Shown in pieces: positions 51,139 through 61,911 of a DNA stretch of 64,000 nt. The DNA lies in the NCBI GenBank assembly GCA_963676515.1, contig OY781061.1:386890-450889 (forward strand). Direction: 5' to 3'. The DNA comes from Candidatus Cloacimonadota bacterium (lineage in GTDB: Bacteria; Cloacimonadota; Cloacimonadia; G963667145). A program made the translations under genes and the position numbers. The notes under the pieces are model-generated. The model was not told where the DNA came from. It worked only from the letters and a program-made list of their open reading frames with translations, and ran no database searches. Positions within the stretch are counted from its first letter, which is position 1, and the number at the start of each line of letters is the position of its first letter.

Positions 51139-54100
51139 TTACTCTCCCATCCTCTGCAGAGCTTCACTTAGGGTAATATGCTCCTGAAATCTGGTAATCT
51201 TTAGATATCCAAAAATAGAGTCCACGATGGAGTACATACAAGGCAAAACGAGCAGAGTAAGCAGAGTAGCAAAGGCTAAGCCAAAAGCCATCGTGACTGC
51301 GATAGGTTTCCAATCGGCACTGGCACTACTGGTAGAGAGTATCATCGGTAAGAAGCCAGCTATGGTGGTAAATGTAGTCAAGAAAATCGGTCTCAACCTT
51401 ATCTTGCCCGCTTCTATCAGGGAGCTCCACCTATCATGCCCCTCTTCCCGCAGGCGATTGACAAAATCCACTAAGACCAGCGAGTCATTCACCACCACCC
51501 CCGCCAAACCAACCACACCAATGAAAGTCGGCAATGAGAAGGGCAAATTGGTGATGACCAACCCTAATATCACTCCAATAAAGGCGAAAAGCAAAGACAT
51601 CATCACCAAGAAAGGCTGCACATAGCTTTTGAACTGCCAAGCCAAAATGGTGTAGATAATGATAATCGCTACGATGAAAGCCAAAATCAAAGAGTCATAA
51701 GACTCTTTTTGCCTTTCTGCCATTCCTCCAAACTCCAGAGAATAACCCGGGAATTTACTGGAAAAGTCGGACAAAATACCTTTCTCTCCCGTCAATTTAT
51801 TGCCAGTGAGTTTAGCCGTGACCTCAGAGGGCAATCTCTCTAATTTCTTGCCGTCTTTTTCGTACGATCCACAGCTAGCGTTAATCGTTACGATTCTGTC
51901 CCCATTGCGATGTTTGATCTGTCCGATGCCCAAGTTGATCTTGAACTCGGCTAATGAGCGAAGAGGGATTAAATCTCCAGATGAGCTAAGAAGTTTGAAA
52001 TCTTTCAACTTCTCCAAGTTGTCAATCTTGTCTGGATCTAAACGGAGCGTGATGTCACAGTCGTCCACCTCTTCACCGCGATAGGTGCTAATGTCGCGAC
52101 CATTGACCGCTGTCCAAACGGCAGAAGATATGTCGCTTACCGTAAATCCATTCTCAGCCAGTTTGTTGTGATAAGGAAATATCTCTACCTGCTTTTTGGT
52201 AAAATCTAAGTCGTCTTTGGTATCTTCCACTCCGGGGATGCCTTCCAAGACAGTCTGGACATATTCGGAAATAGCAGCGAGTTTTTGCAAGTCGTCACCC
52301 ACGATACGCAAGGAGACATCATCTCCTACAGGTGGTCCATCGGAACTTTCACCGAACTCTACGAACACCACCTCGGGGATGGTTTTCAGGTATTCCCTGA
52401 TAGAGCCTTTTATCTGGCTTTGCTCATATTGAGCATCGTCTGGATCTGGCAAATCTATGTTGATGGTAGCATAGTAGGTGCGAATAGTGGAGCGATGATT
52501 TTCCGTTATCATGCCTACATAGCTCACCACCGAGAGGACATCTTCTTTTTGCGGCATATTTTTGAGGATATACTTCTCAATTTTGCCACTAATCTCTTCG
52601 GTGTCGTCCAAAGATGTGCCGATAGGGGTTTTGAATGTCAAAACCATCGTGGTAGATGGACTGCTGGGGAAAAACTGCGACTTTACAACTCCGCCCAACA
52701 AAAGCCAAAAGCTGATAATCAAAAGCAGAAAGACGCTTCCGATGACCTTAAAACGATGTCGGAGAAATTTTATTATTATCCGGTGATAAACTTCCACCAT
52801 CTTGTCATGAATTTTATGTGGTTTTTTGACCGTTATTTGCTTGCTAAAGTCAGCCAAGTGACTGGGTAAGATCATCAAGCACTCGATCAGGGAGCAGAAG
52901 AGGGCGATAGATACCACAATCGGGAATGTACTCAAAAACTTGCCCATCATCCCTTTCATCATCAGCATCGGCAAAAAAGCAGCGGCTGTAGTAGCTACAG
53001 CTGCCATCACGGGATAAGTCACCTCATTGGCTCCATCTATAGCTGCTTGCTCTGGACTTTTGCCCATCTCCATATGGCGGTGGACATTCTCTATGACCAC
53101 GATCGCATCGTCCACGATCATACCCAATACAAGGATTAAAGCAAACAAGGACAGGTTGTTCATCGATATGTCGGAAGTATACATTATGAAAAAACAAAGT
53201 AGAAAGGAGAAAGGTATTCCCAAGCCTGCAAACAAGGCGTTTTTCCAGCCTAAGAAAAGCAAAAGAGTGAAGAACACCAAGATGATACCCAAGGCTGTCG
53301 AAGTGCCCAAAGTTTTAATGTTAGCCTCCACATCTTTGGAGTCGTCGTTATTGATGGTAACCTCTACGCCTGGATTATTTTTTTCAAACTCACTGGTCAA
53401 CTGGTGGATGTCTTTCATTACTGTGATGATGTTGCCGGTAGCTTTCTTAAACACTTGGAAAAAGACAGAGCTTTTGCCATCCAAACGGGTGACCACATCC
53501 AGATCATCGAAGCCATAATAAACATCGGCTATATCTCCCAGCCTGATAGACCTGCCACGGTCGTCTGTTTTGACTATTTGCTGTTTGATCTCGGCGACTG
53601 TGCGATACTCGCCCACCGTCCTGAGGGATCTCTCCGAGCTGCCGAAATCGACATCTCCTCCTGGGGAGTTTAGATTACGATAAGTGATGGCACTCGTAAT
53701 ACTGGCTAGAGACAGACCGTAGGCAGAGAGTTTATCGGGGTCTACATCGATGAACACCTTATCTTCCCTATCTCCATATTGCTCCACTTTGGAAACATTG
53801 TTGACTTTCTTCAGTTTATCCTTCAAATCTTCTGCCAGAGAGTTGGTCGTCTTGTCCTGATAGGGCGAAGCCATCGAGACATTACAGATGTCGTTTACTT
53901 CACGCATCTTCAGGCGAATAACTATCGGATCGTTAGCATCTTCGGGTAAATCGGTAACTTTGTTAACAGCTTCGTTGATCTCATCCCAAGCATCATCGGT
54001 GTTTACATCGGTCTCAAAAGTAACCATACTCACCACATAACCTGTCTGAATAGTGGTAGTAACATAGTCAACCCCATCTACATCGATGATCTCATCTTCT

Positions 54101-54300
54101 AGTTTCTCGGCAACCAATGTCTCCATATCAGCTGGGGACACACCTGGGTAAGAGATAACAATATAAGCACGACCAAAGTCTACAGGTGGAGCATCCTCTT
54201 TGGGAATCACGACCATCGCAAAAATCCCGATCACAAAAGCCAATATCATCAGCAAGTTTATCAAGACGGAGTTTCTTACAGAAAACTTAGCAATAGACAT
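51139..54300 (-). CDS. RND-family multidrug efflux permease (AcrB/AcrD/AcrF-like)
   Basis: 1053 aa, 12 TM with two large periplasmic loops; conserved RND signature blocks. Confidence 0.9.
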   Translation of the reverse strand: MSIAKFSVRNSVLINLLMILAFVIGIFAMVVIPKEDAPPVDFGRAYIVISYPGVSPADMETLVAEKLEDEIIDVDGVDYVTTTIQTGYVVSMVTFETDVNTDDAWDEINEAVNKVTDLPEDANDPIVIRLKMREVNDICNVSMASPYQDKTTNSLAEDLKDKLKKVNNVSKVEQYGDREDKVFIDVDPDKLSAYGLSLASITSAITYRNLNSPGGDVDFGSSERSLRTVGEYRTVAEIKQQIVKTDDRGRSIRLGDIADVYYGFDDLDVVTRLDGKSSVFFQVFKKATGNIITVMKDIHQLTSEFEKNNPGVEVTINNDDSKDVEANIKTLGTSTALGIILVFFTLLLFLGWKNALFAGLGIPFSFLLCFFIMYTSDISMNNLSLFALILVLGMIVDDAIVVIENVHRHMEMGKSPEQAAIDGANEVTYPVMAAVATTAAAFLPMLMMKGMMGKFLSTFPIVVSIALFCSLIECLMILPSHLADFSKQITVKKPHKIHDKMVEVYHRIIIKFLRHRFKVIGSVFLLLIISFWLLLGGVVKSQFFPSSPSTTMVLTFKTPIGTSLDDTEEISGKIEKYILKNMPQKEDVLSVVSYVGMITENHRSTIRTYYATINIDLPDPDDAQYEQSQIKGSIREYLKTIPEVVFVEFGESSDGPPVGDDVSLRIVGDDLQKLAAISEYVQTVLEGIPGVEDTKDDLDFTKKQVEIFPYHNKLAENGFTVSDISSAVWTAVNGRDISTYRGEEVDDCDITLRLDPDKIDNLEKLKDFKLLSSSGDLIPLRSLAEFKINLGIGQIKHRNGDRIVTINASCGSYEKDGKKLERLPSEVTAKLTGNKLTGEKGILSDFSSKFPGYSLEFGGMAERQKESYDSLILAFIVAIIIIYTILAWQFKSYVQPFLVMMSLLFAFIGVILGLVITNLPFSLPTFIGVVGLAGVVVNDSLVLVDFVNRLREEGHDRWSSLIEAGKIRLRPIFLTTFTTIAGFLPMILSTSSASADWKPIAVTMAFGLAFATLLTLLVLPCMYSIVDSIFGYLKITRFQEHITLSEALQRMGE

Positions 54301-54303
54301 TTT

Positions 54304-55419
54304 TTATACCCCTTTTACTTCACTGTCGGTTTGGATAGCAGAAGAGTTGTAATATTTGGGATCTACCTCTTGTCCTTCGTCTATCTCATCCACTCCATCT
54401 ATTACGATAAAATCGCCATCTTTGAGGCTAGACTCTACGATAACCAGATTTCCCACCATTTTGATAAATACTACCTTCACTTTAGAAACCGTGTTATCTT
54501 TATTCAAGCGAAAAACATAGTAATCGTCATACTCTTGCAAAAGAGCGTCATAACTAATAGCCTTCACATTCTCGAAAATCCCCACAGCCACTTGAGCGGT
54601 CACAGTCATTCCCGGCAAAAGGTTCTCACCACCATCTAATTCTATCTTCACAGGGTAAACTGCACTGTTGTAAGCTGGGGCTTTACCCACTCCTTCCACA
54701 GTTCCAGCCAATAACATTTCATTCCCATCAGGGCTCAAATCCACTCTTTGCCCTTTTTCCATCTTCAAAACGCTAGACTCTCCTACACCCGTATTGAGAC
54801 AAAGCTTATTATAGTTCACCACTTTACACACAAATTCGTTTGCACTCAGACTTTGCCCCTCTTCCACTGGCAGATCTGTGATATAACCGCTCACGGGAGC
54901 TTTCATCTGAGCATAATCGTAAGCAATTTTTGCAGAGGCAAAAGTGGCTTGCGTACTCGCATAATTTGCCACCATCCCTTGATGCTCCACTTCAGATATT
55001 TGCTTTGTTTTATACAGCTCCTTACTAGCTTTAAGGTTGTTAGCTGCCACTGCCAAAAGAGCTTTAGCTTGTTCATAGTGGGCTTTTTTCACACTCGCAT
55101 CAATATCGCCAATGCTCTGCCCTTTTTCCACCCAATCACCGAGACTTTTGTGCAGCTTCCGCAGCTGTCCAGAAACCCCTGCCACCATCTCTACCTGAGC
55201 ACGACCTGTCAGAGTTCCACTCACTTGGACATAATCCGGAACATCTTGTCTTTTGAACTCTTGTGCCAAAACCGTAATCAAGGTTTTCTTTTTTGAGCCG
55301 TTCTCCGCAGAAGTTTCTTTATCCGCACTTTTTGATTTCATCAGTAAAGCTACTACAGCTAGCAAAACCAGCAACGACACAAGTGATATTATCCAAATTT
55401 TCTTTTTTGTAAAATTCAT
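54304..55419 (-). CDS. RND efflux periplasmic adaptor (membrane fusion protein)
   Basis: N-terminal anchor, coiled-coil hairpin and lipoyl/beta-barrel segments typical of HlyD/AcrA family. Confidence 0.75.
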   Translation of the reverse strand: MNFTKKKIWIISLVSLLVLLAVVALLMKSKSADKETSAENGSKKKTLITVLAQEFKRQDVPDYVQVSGTLTGRAQVEMVAGVSGQLRKLHKSLGDWVEKGQSIGDIDASVKKAHYEQAKALLAVAANNLKASKELYKTKQISEVEHQGMVANYASTQATFASAKIAYDYAQMKAPVSGYITDLPVEEGQSLSANEFVCKVVNYNKLCLNTGVGESSVLKMEKGQRVDLSPDGNEMLLAGTVEGVGKAPAYNSAVYPVKIELDGGENLLPGMTVTAQVAVGIFENVKAISYDALLQEYDDYYVFRLNKDNTVSKVKVVFIKMVGNLVIVESSLKDGDFIVIDGVDEIDEGQEVDPKYYNSSAIQTDSEVKGV

Positions 55420-55443
55420 CTTCTCCTACTCTCCATTTTTCTT

Positions 55444-56763
55444 TTAAAATAGTTCTAATAATTTATCGTCGTTTTCTATTACCAACAATCTTTTTAAATC
55501 AGACTTGGCAGTGAAAAAGCTATTTTTAGCAGACACCAGATTGAGCTGAGATGTTTGATAAGAACTCAAAGCATCCAAATAATCGGCGGTAGACAACAAC
55601 CCATTATCATAGCGAGCTTTATTTTGCTCGAACATCCCTTCGCCAGCTTCCAGACCAAATCCAGCAGCTGCCACCTGCTTAGCAGAACTCACAAAAGTAT
55701 AGACCGCAGCTTTTATCTGCAACTTTATCTGCATCTGCGTTGTATAATTTTCTGCTTCCACTTTTCGCAACGCATAGCGAGCCTCTTGGTAGTCGAAAAA
55801 ATTATCCATAAAAGGCAAAAAAGAGAGCGGCATGGACACAGACAAACTCAAGGTATTCCCTCCCGATTGATATTCGGTGGTATACTCTTTGCTCTTGGAA
55901 TAAGAGTAAGAAGCCGAAACCGAAGGCAGAGGACTCAAAGCAGCCATCAATTTGCCTTTCTGAGCTATTTCCTTAGTCTCTTGCAAACTTTTCAAGGAGA
56001 GATTTCTTTGCTCACCAAAATCTACCACCTTTTGCACCAAGCTACTCAGATTATTCACATCCAACTTTTGCACTTTAGCGAAAATCTCTTGATAATCTTG
56101 CATCTCTATCTCTTTTAGCTCTATGCCTTGCTCGTCAATATGCAAAAAATCACAAAACTCGTTTTTGCTCTGCAAGTAAATATTTTGCTTGGTCAAAAGA
56201 GCCACCTCTTTGCTTTTCACTTCCGATTCCATAGTCAGCACATCTATCTGCGAGCGAGAGCCCGTCTTCTTTTTGATAATCGTCTGTTGCAAAGATTCAG
56301 TGCTACTTTTTAGGTCGTTTTGTGCTATCTCCAGCTCCCTTTGTGCCAAAAGCAAAGCAAAATATTTCGTCTCCGCAGCTGCCAAAGTTACAAACTCCTG
56401 CTCCTGATAAGCCAATCTTTTCATCTCTTGCGTGTTAGAGCTAATCTTATACGAGAGCCACTTGGACCCTTGAGCAAAAATCGGTTGAGACAAAGTAACA
56501 CCATAAGATTCGTTTTCTGCCTCTCCGCCTGTGATTACACTGCCCTCGTCGATTTTAGTCCAACTGTAGGAACCGCTAGCAGTACCAAAAAGATTCACAA
56601 AGCTGCCCCACGAAGCGTAAACTGAAGATTTATAACCAGCTTCTGCCGCCTGTAAACTGCTACTGTTCTCTATTGCCAATTGTTTTGCTTTTTCCAAATC
56701 CAAAACTTTGGCAGAAAGACCTGCAAACCCTATTAATAAAATCGTTAATAAGAAACTTCTCAT
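55444..56763 (-). CDS. Outer-membrane efflux protein (TolC-like)
   Basis: Signal peptide; two internal repeats with long coiled-coil forming helices; 439 aa. Confidence 0.7.
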   Translation of the reverse strand: MRSFLLTILLIGFAGLSAKVLDLEKAKQLAIENSSSLQAAEAGYKSSVYASWGSFVNLFGTASGSYSWTKIDEGSVITGGEAENESYGVTLSQPIFAQGSKWLSYKISSNTQEMKRLAYQEQEFVTLAAAETKYFALLLAQRELEIAQNDLKSSTESLQQTIIKKKTGSRSQIDVLTMESEVKSKEVALLTKQNIYLQSKNEFCDFLHIDEQGIELKEIEMQDYQEIFAKVQKLDVNNLSSLVQKVVDFGEQRNLSLKSLQETKEIAQKGKLMAALSPLPSVSASYSYSKSKEYTTEYQSGGNTLSLSVSMPLSFLPFMDNFFDYQEARYALRKVEAENYTTQMQIKLQIKAAVYTFVSSAKQVAAAGFGLEAGEGMFEQNKARYDNGLLSTADYLDALSSYQTSQLNLVSAKNSFFTAKSDLKRLLVIENDDKLLELF

Positions 56764-56834
56764 TTTTTTTATACCCCTTTTTTTAGCTTTAAACTCTAAA
56801 CTCTGACTGTAAAGCGTGCTGTTTCCCTTAGATT

Positions 56835-57590
56835 TTAAAGAACTATCTGCTTCCAGTCGATGGAACGATGATGATATCTGCCGTAACCTTTGGTCTTCTT
56901 ATTTAGCTGTATCGACCTCGTCGGACAGTAATTTATGCACGCCATACAGCTCTCACACTTGCGCAAATCCCACACAGGCACACCATCTCGCATCGTGATG
57001 CATCCAGAGGGGCACACCTGGCTACAAATGCCGCAACCACTGCATTTTTCGTCCACAAAGTACTTTTTGCCCAGATCACTAAATCTCGACCAAAGACAAT
57101 AGATAGGCAAAGTCAACAACCGAAATAGCAACCACTCTCTTACTTTATTTTTGGCTCGGGACTCTATTTTTACCTTTATTTTTTGTAATCTCTTTTCCGC
57201 TTTACGCAAAGTCTTCTCTATCTTCTCATCGGAATCTACATCGCCCAGTGGCAAATAAGCAGAAGGCATATTTACCGCAAAGCTGGCATCCAGCCCGCGA
57301 CCAGCGTAGCGACACAAATCGGTGAAAGCACGACCAGGAGAGATAGCTCTGGTTTGCAAAGCGAAAAAGTAGTCAACCTGACTAAAATCATTCTCCTGCA
57401 AGAACTTTTGCACCATCTTGGGCAATCCAAAAACATACAATGGAAACGCTATTCCCACTGCCCCTTTTAGTTTCAGAGTTTTCCCTAAGCTACTTTTGAT
57501 GCTTTGTAGCTCCACACCATCTATATCTTTCACTATTTGCCTAGCAGCATACAGCGTGTTTCCCGTTCCAGAAAAATAAAAAATTTTCAT
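56835..57590 (-). CDS. Flavodoxin-like domain fused to a 2x[4Fe-4S] ferredoxin domain
   Basis: MKIFYFSGTGNT flavodoxin-type phosphate loop; CSGCGICSQVCPSGC and CESCMACINYCPT clusters; start overlaps TetR stop (ATGA). Confidence 0.7.
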   Translation of the reverse strand: MKIFYFSGTGNTLYAARQIVKDIDGVELQSIKSSLGKTLKLKGAVGIAFPLYVFGLPKMVQKFLQENDFSQVDYFFALQTRAISPGRAFTDLCRYAGRGLDASFAVNMPSAYLPLGDVDSDEKIEKTLRKAEKRLQKIKVKIESRAKNKVREWLLFRLLTLPIYCLWSRFSDLGKKYFVDEKCSGCGICSQVCPSGCITMRDGVPVWDLRKCESCMACINYCPTRSIQLNKKTKGYGRYHHRSIDWKQIVL

Positions 57591-58189
57591 CAGCGAACTA
57601 CTCCTTTACAAACTATTTTAATTTTTTTTTTCAGCTCTTGCTGAGCTTCCAAAATGCTTTTTTCACCTTTCACAAATTTGCTAAAACTCATAGAAAAGAG
57701 TGTATAAAAAATCTCTGCCGCAATATCAGAACTATCTATTAAATTTGCTTTATGGTTCTGGATAATTTTATACGATAAATTTATACAAAGCTTGTCCACT
57801 CTGCTAAATAACACCATCTTCTCTTTGGAAACGACACTTCCCAAAAAGTAGCTCTCCCATATTTTCCTTAGCTGCTCTTCGGAAAAAGGCAAACCAAAAA
57901 AAGAGGCAAGTAGCTCATAAATATCTTGGGCAAAGTCACAGCTACACGGTAAATCTTTGTCTTTTCTCTTTTCCAAAAACTCTATCAACATACCACTGAG
58001 GTAATCTACCACCAAATCGTTTTTGCTCTCGTAGTAATTATACAGAGTACGCAGCGATATTTCCAGCTTGTCGGAGACATCTTTCATCGTAAATCCATCT
58101 AACCCGTGCAAAATCAAAAGTCTACCGAACTCCTGCAAAATCAGATTTTTTCTTTTAAACTTTTTCGTTTCTCTTAAATTTTTTTTCAT
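57590..58189 (-). CDS. TetR/AcrR family regulator heading the RND efflux operon
   Basis: HTH FTMKDVSDKLEISLRTLYNYYESKNDLV. Confidence 0.8.
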   Translation of the reverse strand: MKKNLRETKKFKRKNLILQEFGRLLILHGLDGFTMKDVSDKLEISLRTLYNYYESKNDLVVDYLSGMLIEFLEKRKDKDLPCSCDFAQDIYELLASFFGLPFSEEQLRKIWESYFLGSVVSKEKMVLFSRVDKLCINLSYKIIQNHKANLIDSSDIAAEIFYTLFSMSFSKFVKGEKSILEAQQELKKKIKIVCKGVVR

Positions 58190-58336
58190 ACCTTACACTT
58201 TTTCATTCTGTGCAACTTTTTTACGCTTCTGATTTTGTCAATAATAAAGCAAATATTAGAGAAAAAAGTTGACCTAACCCCTTGAAATCTGTGGTTTGCT
58301 TGTGAAATTACTAAAGAAAAAATTGCAGGAGTTTTT

Positions 58337-58756
58337 ATGGCTTTTAGCTACAAGCGACACATTTTTGGTTATGAGTGCGACATATATGGGCATCTGAACA
58401 ACGCCAATTATTTGCAAATATTAGAAGAAGCAAGGTCGATTGCTCTGGAGGAGATAAACTTTTCCTTGAAAAGACTGATAAAACTGAAGATAGCTATTTT
58501 TGTCATCGATATCCACATCAAATATCTCAAGCAAGTGGATTTCGCCGAGAACATCACCGTAAAAAGCTACATCAAAAACCCCGGCAGAGTCAGATCTAGC
58601 TGGTATCAAGAAATTTACAGAGAGGATGGTCAACTGTGTGCCACCGCCGAGATTGAGGGAGCTTTTGCCAAAAATTCCAAAGCAACTCGATTGAACAAAA
58701 AACTCCACCAAGAGATGCTGACAAATCTGACAAGTGCAGAGATTATAAGCGATTAA
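58337..58756 (+). CDS. Acyl-CoA thioesterase, 4HBT/YbgC family
   Basis: hot-dog fold N-terminus [26 protein letters not shown]. Confidence 0.7.
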   Translation: MAFSYKRHIFGYECDIYGHLNNANYLQILEEARSIALEEINFSLKRLIKLKIAIFVIDIHIKYLKQVDFAENITVKSYIKNPGRVRSSWYQEIYREDGQLCATAEIEGAFAKNSKATRLNKKLHQEMLTNLTSAEIISD

Positions 58757-58766
58757 AGGAGCAAGC

Positions 58767-59573
58767 GTGAAAAAGATTATTGAAAGTTTATACGAAAAAA
58801 AAGAGTACTCTAACGAAGATTTGAAAATCTTCAAGGAGTTTATAGCGAAACTGAACAGCGGCGAGATAAGAGCTGCCCAGAAGCAAGGCGACACTTGGCG
58901 AGTAAACAGCTGGGTGAAGAAAGGCATTTTGCTTGGCTTTCGCTTGGGTGAGATTGTGGCTTTCCCCAAATACGGAGAGCACAAGTTTTGGGACAAGTCT
59001 ACCTATCCAGAGCAGAGCTTCAGCATAGAGAGCAAGGTGCGTATCGTGCCGGGTGGCTCTTCTGTGAGAGATGGTGCTTATCTAGCACCCGGTGTGACGA
59101 TGATGCCACCAGCGTATGTGAATGTGGGTGCTTTCGTGGACTCTGGCACTATGATAGATTCGCACGCATTGGTCGGCTCTTGTGCTCAGATAGGCAAGAA
59201 TGTCCACCTCTCGGCTGCTGCCCAAATAGGAGGCGTGTTAGAGCCTATCGGTGCTAGTCCCGTCATCATCGAGGATGATGTGTTCGTAGGGGGCAACACT
59301 GGTATCTACGAGGGTGTGATTGTGCAGAAAAGAGCAATACTCGCCTCAGGAGTGATCATCACCAAGTCTACGCCCGTATATGATGCTATCGCAGACCGAT
59401 TTTTGCCCAAGGGAAAAGACAAAGCTCCCATCATCCCCGAAAATGCCGTAGTGGTGGCTGGCTCTCGTCCATTGAAAAGTAACCCCAATTTTAGTGTTTA
59501 CTGCCCGATTATCATCAAGTATCGCGACAGCAAATCCGATGCCAGTGTGACTCTGGAGGAGGCTCTGCGGTGA
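58767..59573 (+). CDS. dapD: 2,3,4,5-tetrahydropyridine-2,6-dicarboxylate N-succinyltransferase
   Basis: Collinear with E. coli DapD incl. hexapeptide-repeat block [43 protein letters not shown]. Confidence 0.9.
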   Translation: MKKIIESLYEKKEYSNEDLKIFKEFIAKLNSGEIRAAQKQGDTWRVNSWVKKGILLGFRLGEIVAFPKYGEHKFWDKSTYPEQSFSIESKVRIVPGGSSVRDGAYLAPGVTMMPPAYVNVGAFVDSGTMIDSHALVGSCAQIGKNVHLSAAAQIGGVLEPIGASPVIIEDDVFVGGNTGIYEGVIVQKRAILASGVIITKSTPVYDAIADRFLPKGKDKAPIIPENAVVVAGSRPLKSNPNFSVYCPIIIKYRDSKSDASVTLEEALR

Positions 59574-60325
59574 ACATCTTTGAAACTCATATGCACCTAG
59601 ATTTGGAAAACTTCGACGAAGACAGAGAGCAAATCATCCAAAATGCCCAAAAACGGGGAATAAAGAAGATGCTCAATGTCGCAACCGACGCAGAGAGTAG
59701 CCAAGCTTCTATAGATTTGGCAGAAAAATATCCGTGCGTTTACGCCACTGTGGGCGTGCATCCCCACGAAGCTCAAAGCCTCGATTTGGAGAAGCTAAAA
59801 GAGCTGGCAACTCACAAAAAAGTGGTAGCTATCGGCGAGGTTGGCTTGGACTATTTCAAAAATTACAGCCCCCGCGATGCTCAAGAGTCTGCCTTTTGTG
59901 CACAGGTGGAGCTAGCAATGGAATTGGACAAACCGCTGATTATCCATTGCCGAGACGCCTACAAAGATTGCTATCGTATCTTGCGAGAATACAAGCCCAA
60001 AAAAGTGCTTTTCCATTGCTACAGCGGAAACTACAAATATGCTCAAACCCTTTTTGACCACGGCTGGCTCATTGCTTTGGGCGGAGCGATCACTTTTAAC
60101 AAAGGTGCTCAAGACGAGCTAATCAGCAAAATGCCCGCAGACATGTTCGTAGTGGAGACGGATTGCCCTTTTTTGACTCCCAATCCCTTTCGTGGCAAAC
60201 GCAACTCACCTCTTTACTTACCCTACATCATCCAGAAAATAGCTTCTATCAGGTGCGAAAGCGAAGAGAAAATCGCCAAACTTACTTACAAAAATGCTTG
60301 CAACTTCTTCCAAATCCGATGCTAA
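59570..60325 (+). CDS. TatD-family metal-dependent hydrolase/DNase
   Basis: [12 protein letters not shown]-terminal His cluster and TIM-barrel TatD motifs. Confidence 0.85.
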   Translation: MNIFETHMHLDLENFDEDREQIIQNAQKRGIKKMLNVATDAESSQASIDLAEKYPCVYATVGVHPHEAQSLDLEKLKELATHKKVVAIGEVGLDYFKNYSPRDAQESAFCAQVELAMELDKPLIIHCRDAYKDCYRILREYKPKKVLFHCYSGNYKYAQTLFDHGWLIALGGAITFNKGAQDELISKMPADMFVVETDCPFLTPNPFRGKRNSPLYLPYIIQKIASIRCESEEKIAKLTYKNACNFFQIRC

Positions 60326-60969
60326 AAATCGAAATTAAGCGAGAGAAAAGAAGAAGCCTTACTCTGAAAGTTACCGCTCCCGAAAAAGTGCTGGTGAAAG
60401 CACCCACACACTTACCAGAAGAGCAAATATTGCAGTTCGTGCACAGCAAAGAAAAGTGGATACAAGAGCGAAGTACCAAACTGAAAAAACAGATTTCTTT
60501 TTTCACACAGGACAAAATTTTATACTTGGGGAAAATTTACCAACTCCAGACTGAGCTAGCGAGTCGAGCTGCTGTGTTGCAAAACGAGGAAGTGATAACA
60601 GTCCAACACTTGTCTCGCCAAAAGCCACGTGAGCAACTAGATCGCTGGTACAAGAACAAAGCTCGCACAGTTTTTGAGCAGATTTCCAAGCATTATTGCC
60701 AAAAGATGGCGGTGCAGTTCGACAAGTTGCGGCTTTCCTCCGCCAAGACGCGTTGGGGTTCGTGCTCATCGCTGGGCAACATCAACCTCAACTGGAATCT
60801 GATAAAAGCACCCAAAGGCATCATCGCCTATGTCGTGGCACACGAGCTGACTCACCTGCATTACCCGCATCACGGCAAATCTTTTTGGCACGCCCTGGAG
60901 GAACATTTCCCCCGCTACAAAGAAGCCAAGCAGTGGCTAAACAAGAATGGTGGGTATTTGGTGGGATGA
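60319..60969 (+). CDS. YgjP-like (DUF45/M48-type) metal-dependent hydrolase
   Basis: HELTHLHYPHHGKSFW zincin-like motif after TRWGSCS segment; start [10 protein letters not shown] overlaps tatD stop. Confidence 0.7.
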   Translation: MLKIEIKREKRRSLTLKVTAPEKVLVKAPTHLPEEQILQFVHSKEKWIQERSTKLKKQISFFTQDKILYLGKIYQLQTELASRAAVLQNEEVITVQHLSRQKPREQLDRWYKNKARTVFEQISKHYCQKMAVQFDKLRLSSAKTRWGSCSSLGNINLNWNLIKAPKGIIAYVVAHELTHLHYPHHGKSFWHALEEHFPRYKEAKQWLNKNGGYLVG

Positions 60970-61251
60970 GACTGAGAAGCAAAAAGTAGCGACTCCGTAG
61001 AAAAAATCACATCGAGCCAAAAAGAACTTACCACTATCACTACCGCCCTTGGATCCCCGCTTTCGCGAGGATGAGGGAATCTGTGGTTTCTCTTACCAGA
61101 GTGGTTTTCATTTCTCCTCCATCTTTTCGTTGAGCGTTCAAAGAAAAGATGGAGTCCAGCTGAAGGCTAAAAAGCAGGTTACAAAAAAATAAATGTAACG
61201 AAAGAAAAAATCATCTCTAAAGAGTAAAAAGTTACACTGTACTCATTCCCA

Positions 61252-61839
61252 TCACCGAAATAACATCGCTAAAGCTGTGTAAACTAAGAGCAAGCTCATA
61301 ACAGCATTAAAAATTTTAGCCTGTTTTTCCTTCTTCAAAAAATTACGCAAGAAAGAGCCTAAAATTGCCCAAGAGAAAGTAGAAAGAAAAGCTACTGCCG
61401 AGAGTGCAATCATGAAGATTAGCAGTAAATATTTGTTAGTGGTGTAGGGCACTACGAATGCAGAAGTAACTGTGAGAGCGTAAATTACAAACTTAGGGTT
61501 CATAAATTGCAAGGAAATTCCAGTCAAAAAAGAAAAACCTTCCTCTTGCTCTTTTTCTTCCAATTTGCCACTAAAGGATATTTTGTATGCCAAATAAAAG
61601 AGGTAAACAACACCCAAATAAGCTACAAATCTCTCTATCGATGGGAAAAAAGAAAAAACAAGGTCTACAAAGTAAACACAAAATGTGAGAATAATGAAAA
61701 CGCCACTCATCACTCCTAAAGTAAAAGGCATAACACCCCAAACCCCTTTTTGGCTACCAATAGTCGCCGAAATCAAATTATTTGGTCCTGGCGAAAAACA
61801 ACACACTATAACATAACTAAAAAAAGCACTCCAAATCAT
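61252..61839 (-). CDS. LysE/RhtB-family amino-acid exporter
   Basis: N-terminal SPGPNN motif and 6-TM topology, 195 aa. Confidence 0.6.
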   Translation of the reverse strand: MIWSAFFSYVIVCCFSPGPNNLISATIGSQKGVWGVMPFTLGVMSGVFIILTFCVYFVDLVFSFFPSIERFVAYLGVVYLFYLAYKISFSGKLEEKEQEEGFSFLTGISLQFMNPKFVIYALTVTSAFVVPYTTNKYLLLIFMIALSAVAFLSTFSWAILGSFLRNFLKKEKQAKIFNAVMSLLLVYTALAMLFR

Positions 61840-61911
61840 CTTGCCCCCTAATGCTCAATCAACATCAAGCCAAAACGACACCTATCTGATGTCAACAAAG
61901 TTTTCAATATC

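Noticed and set aside
58421-58996. 191-aa minus-strand ORF
   Set aside because: Overlaps the thioesterase and dapD genes antisense; both sense genes have strong homology support.
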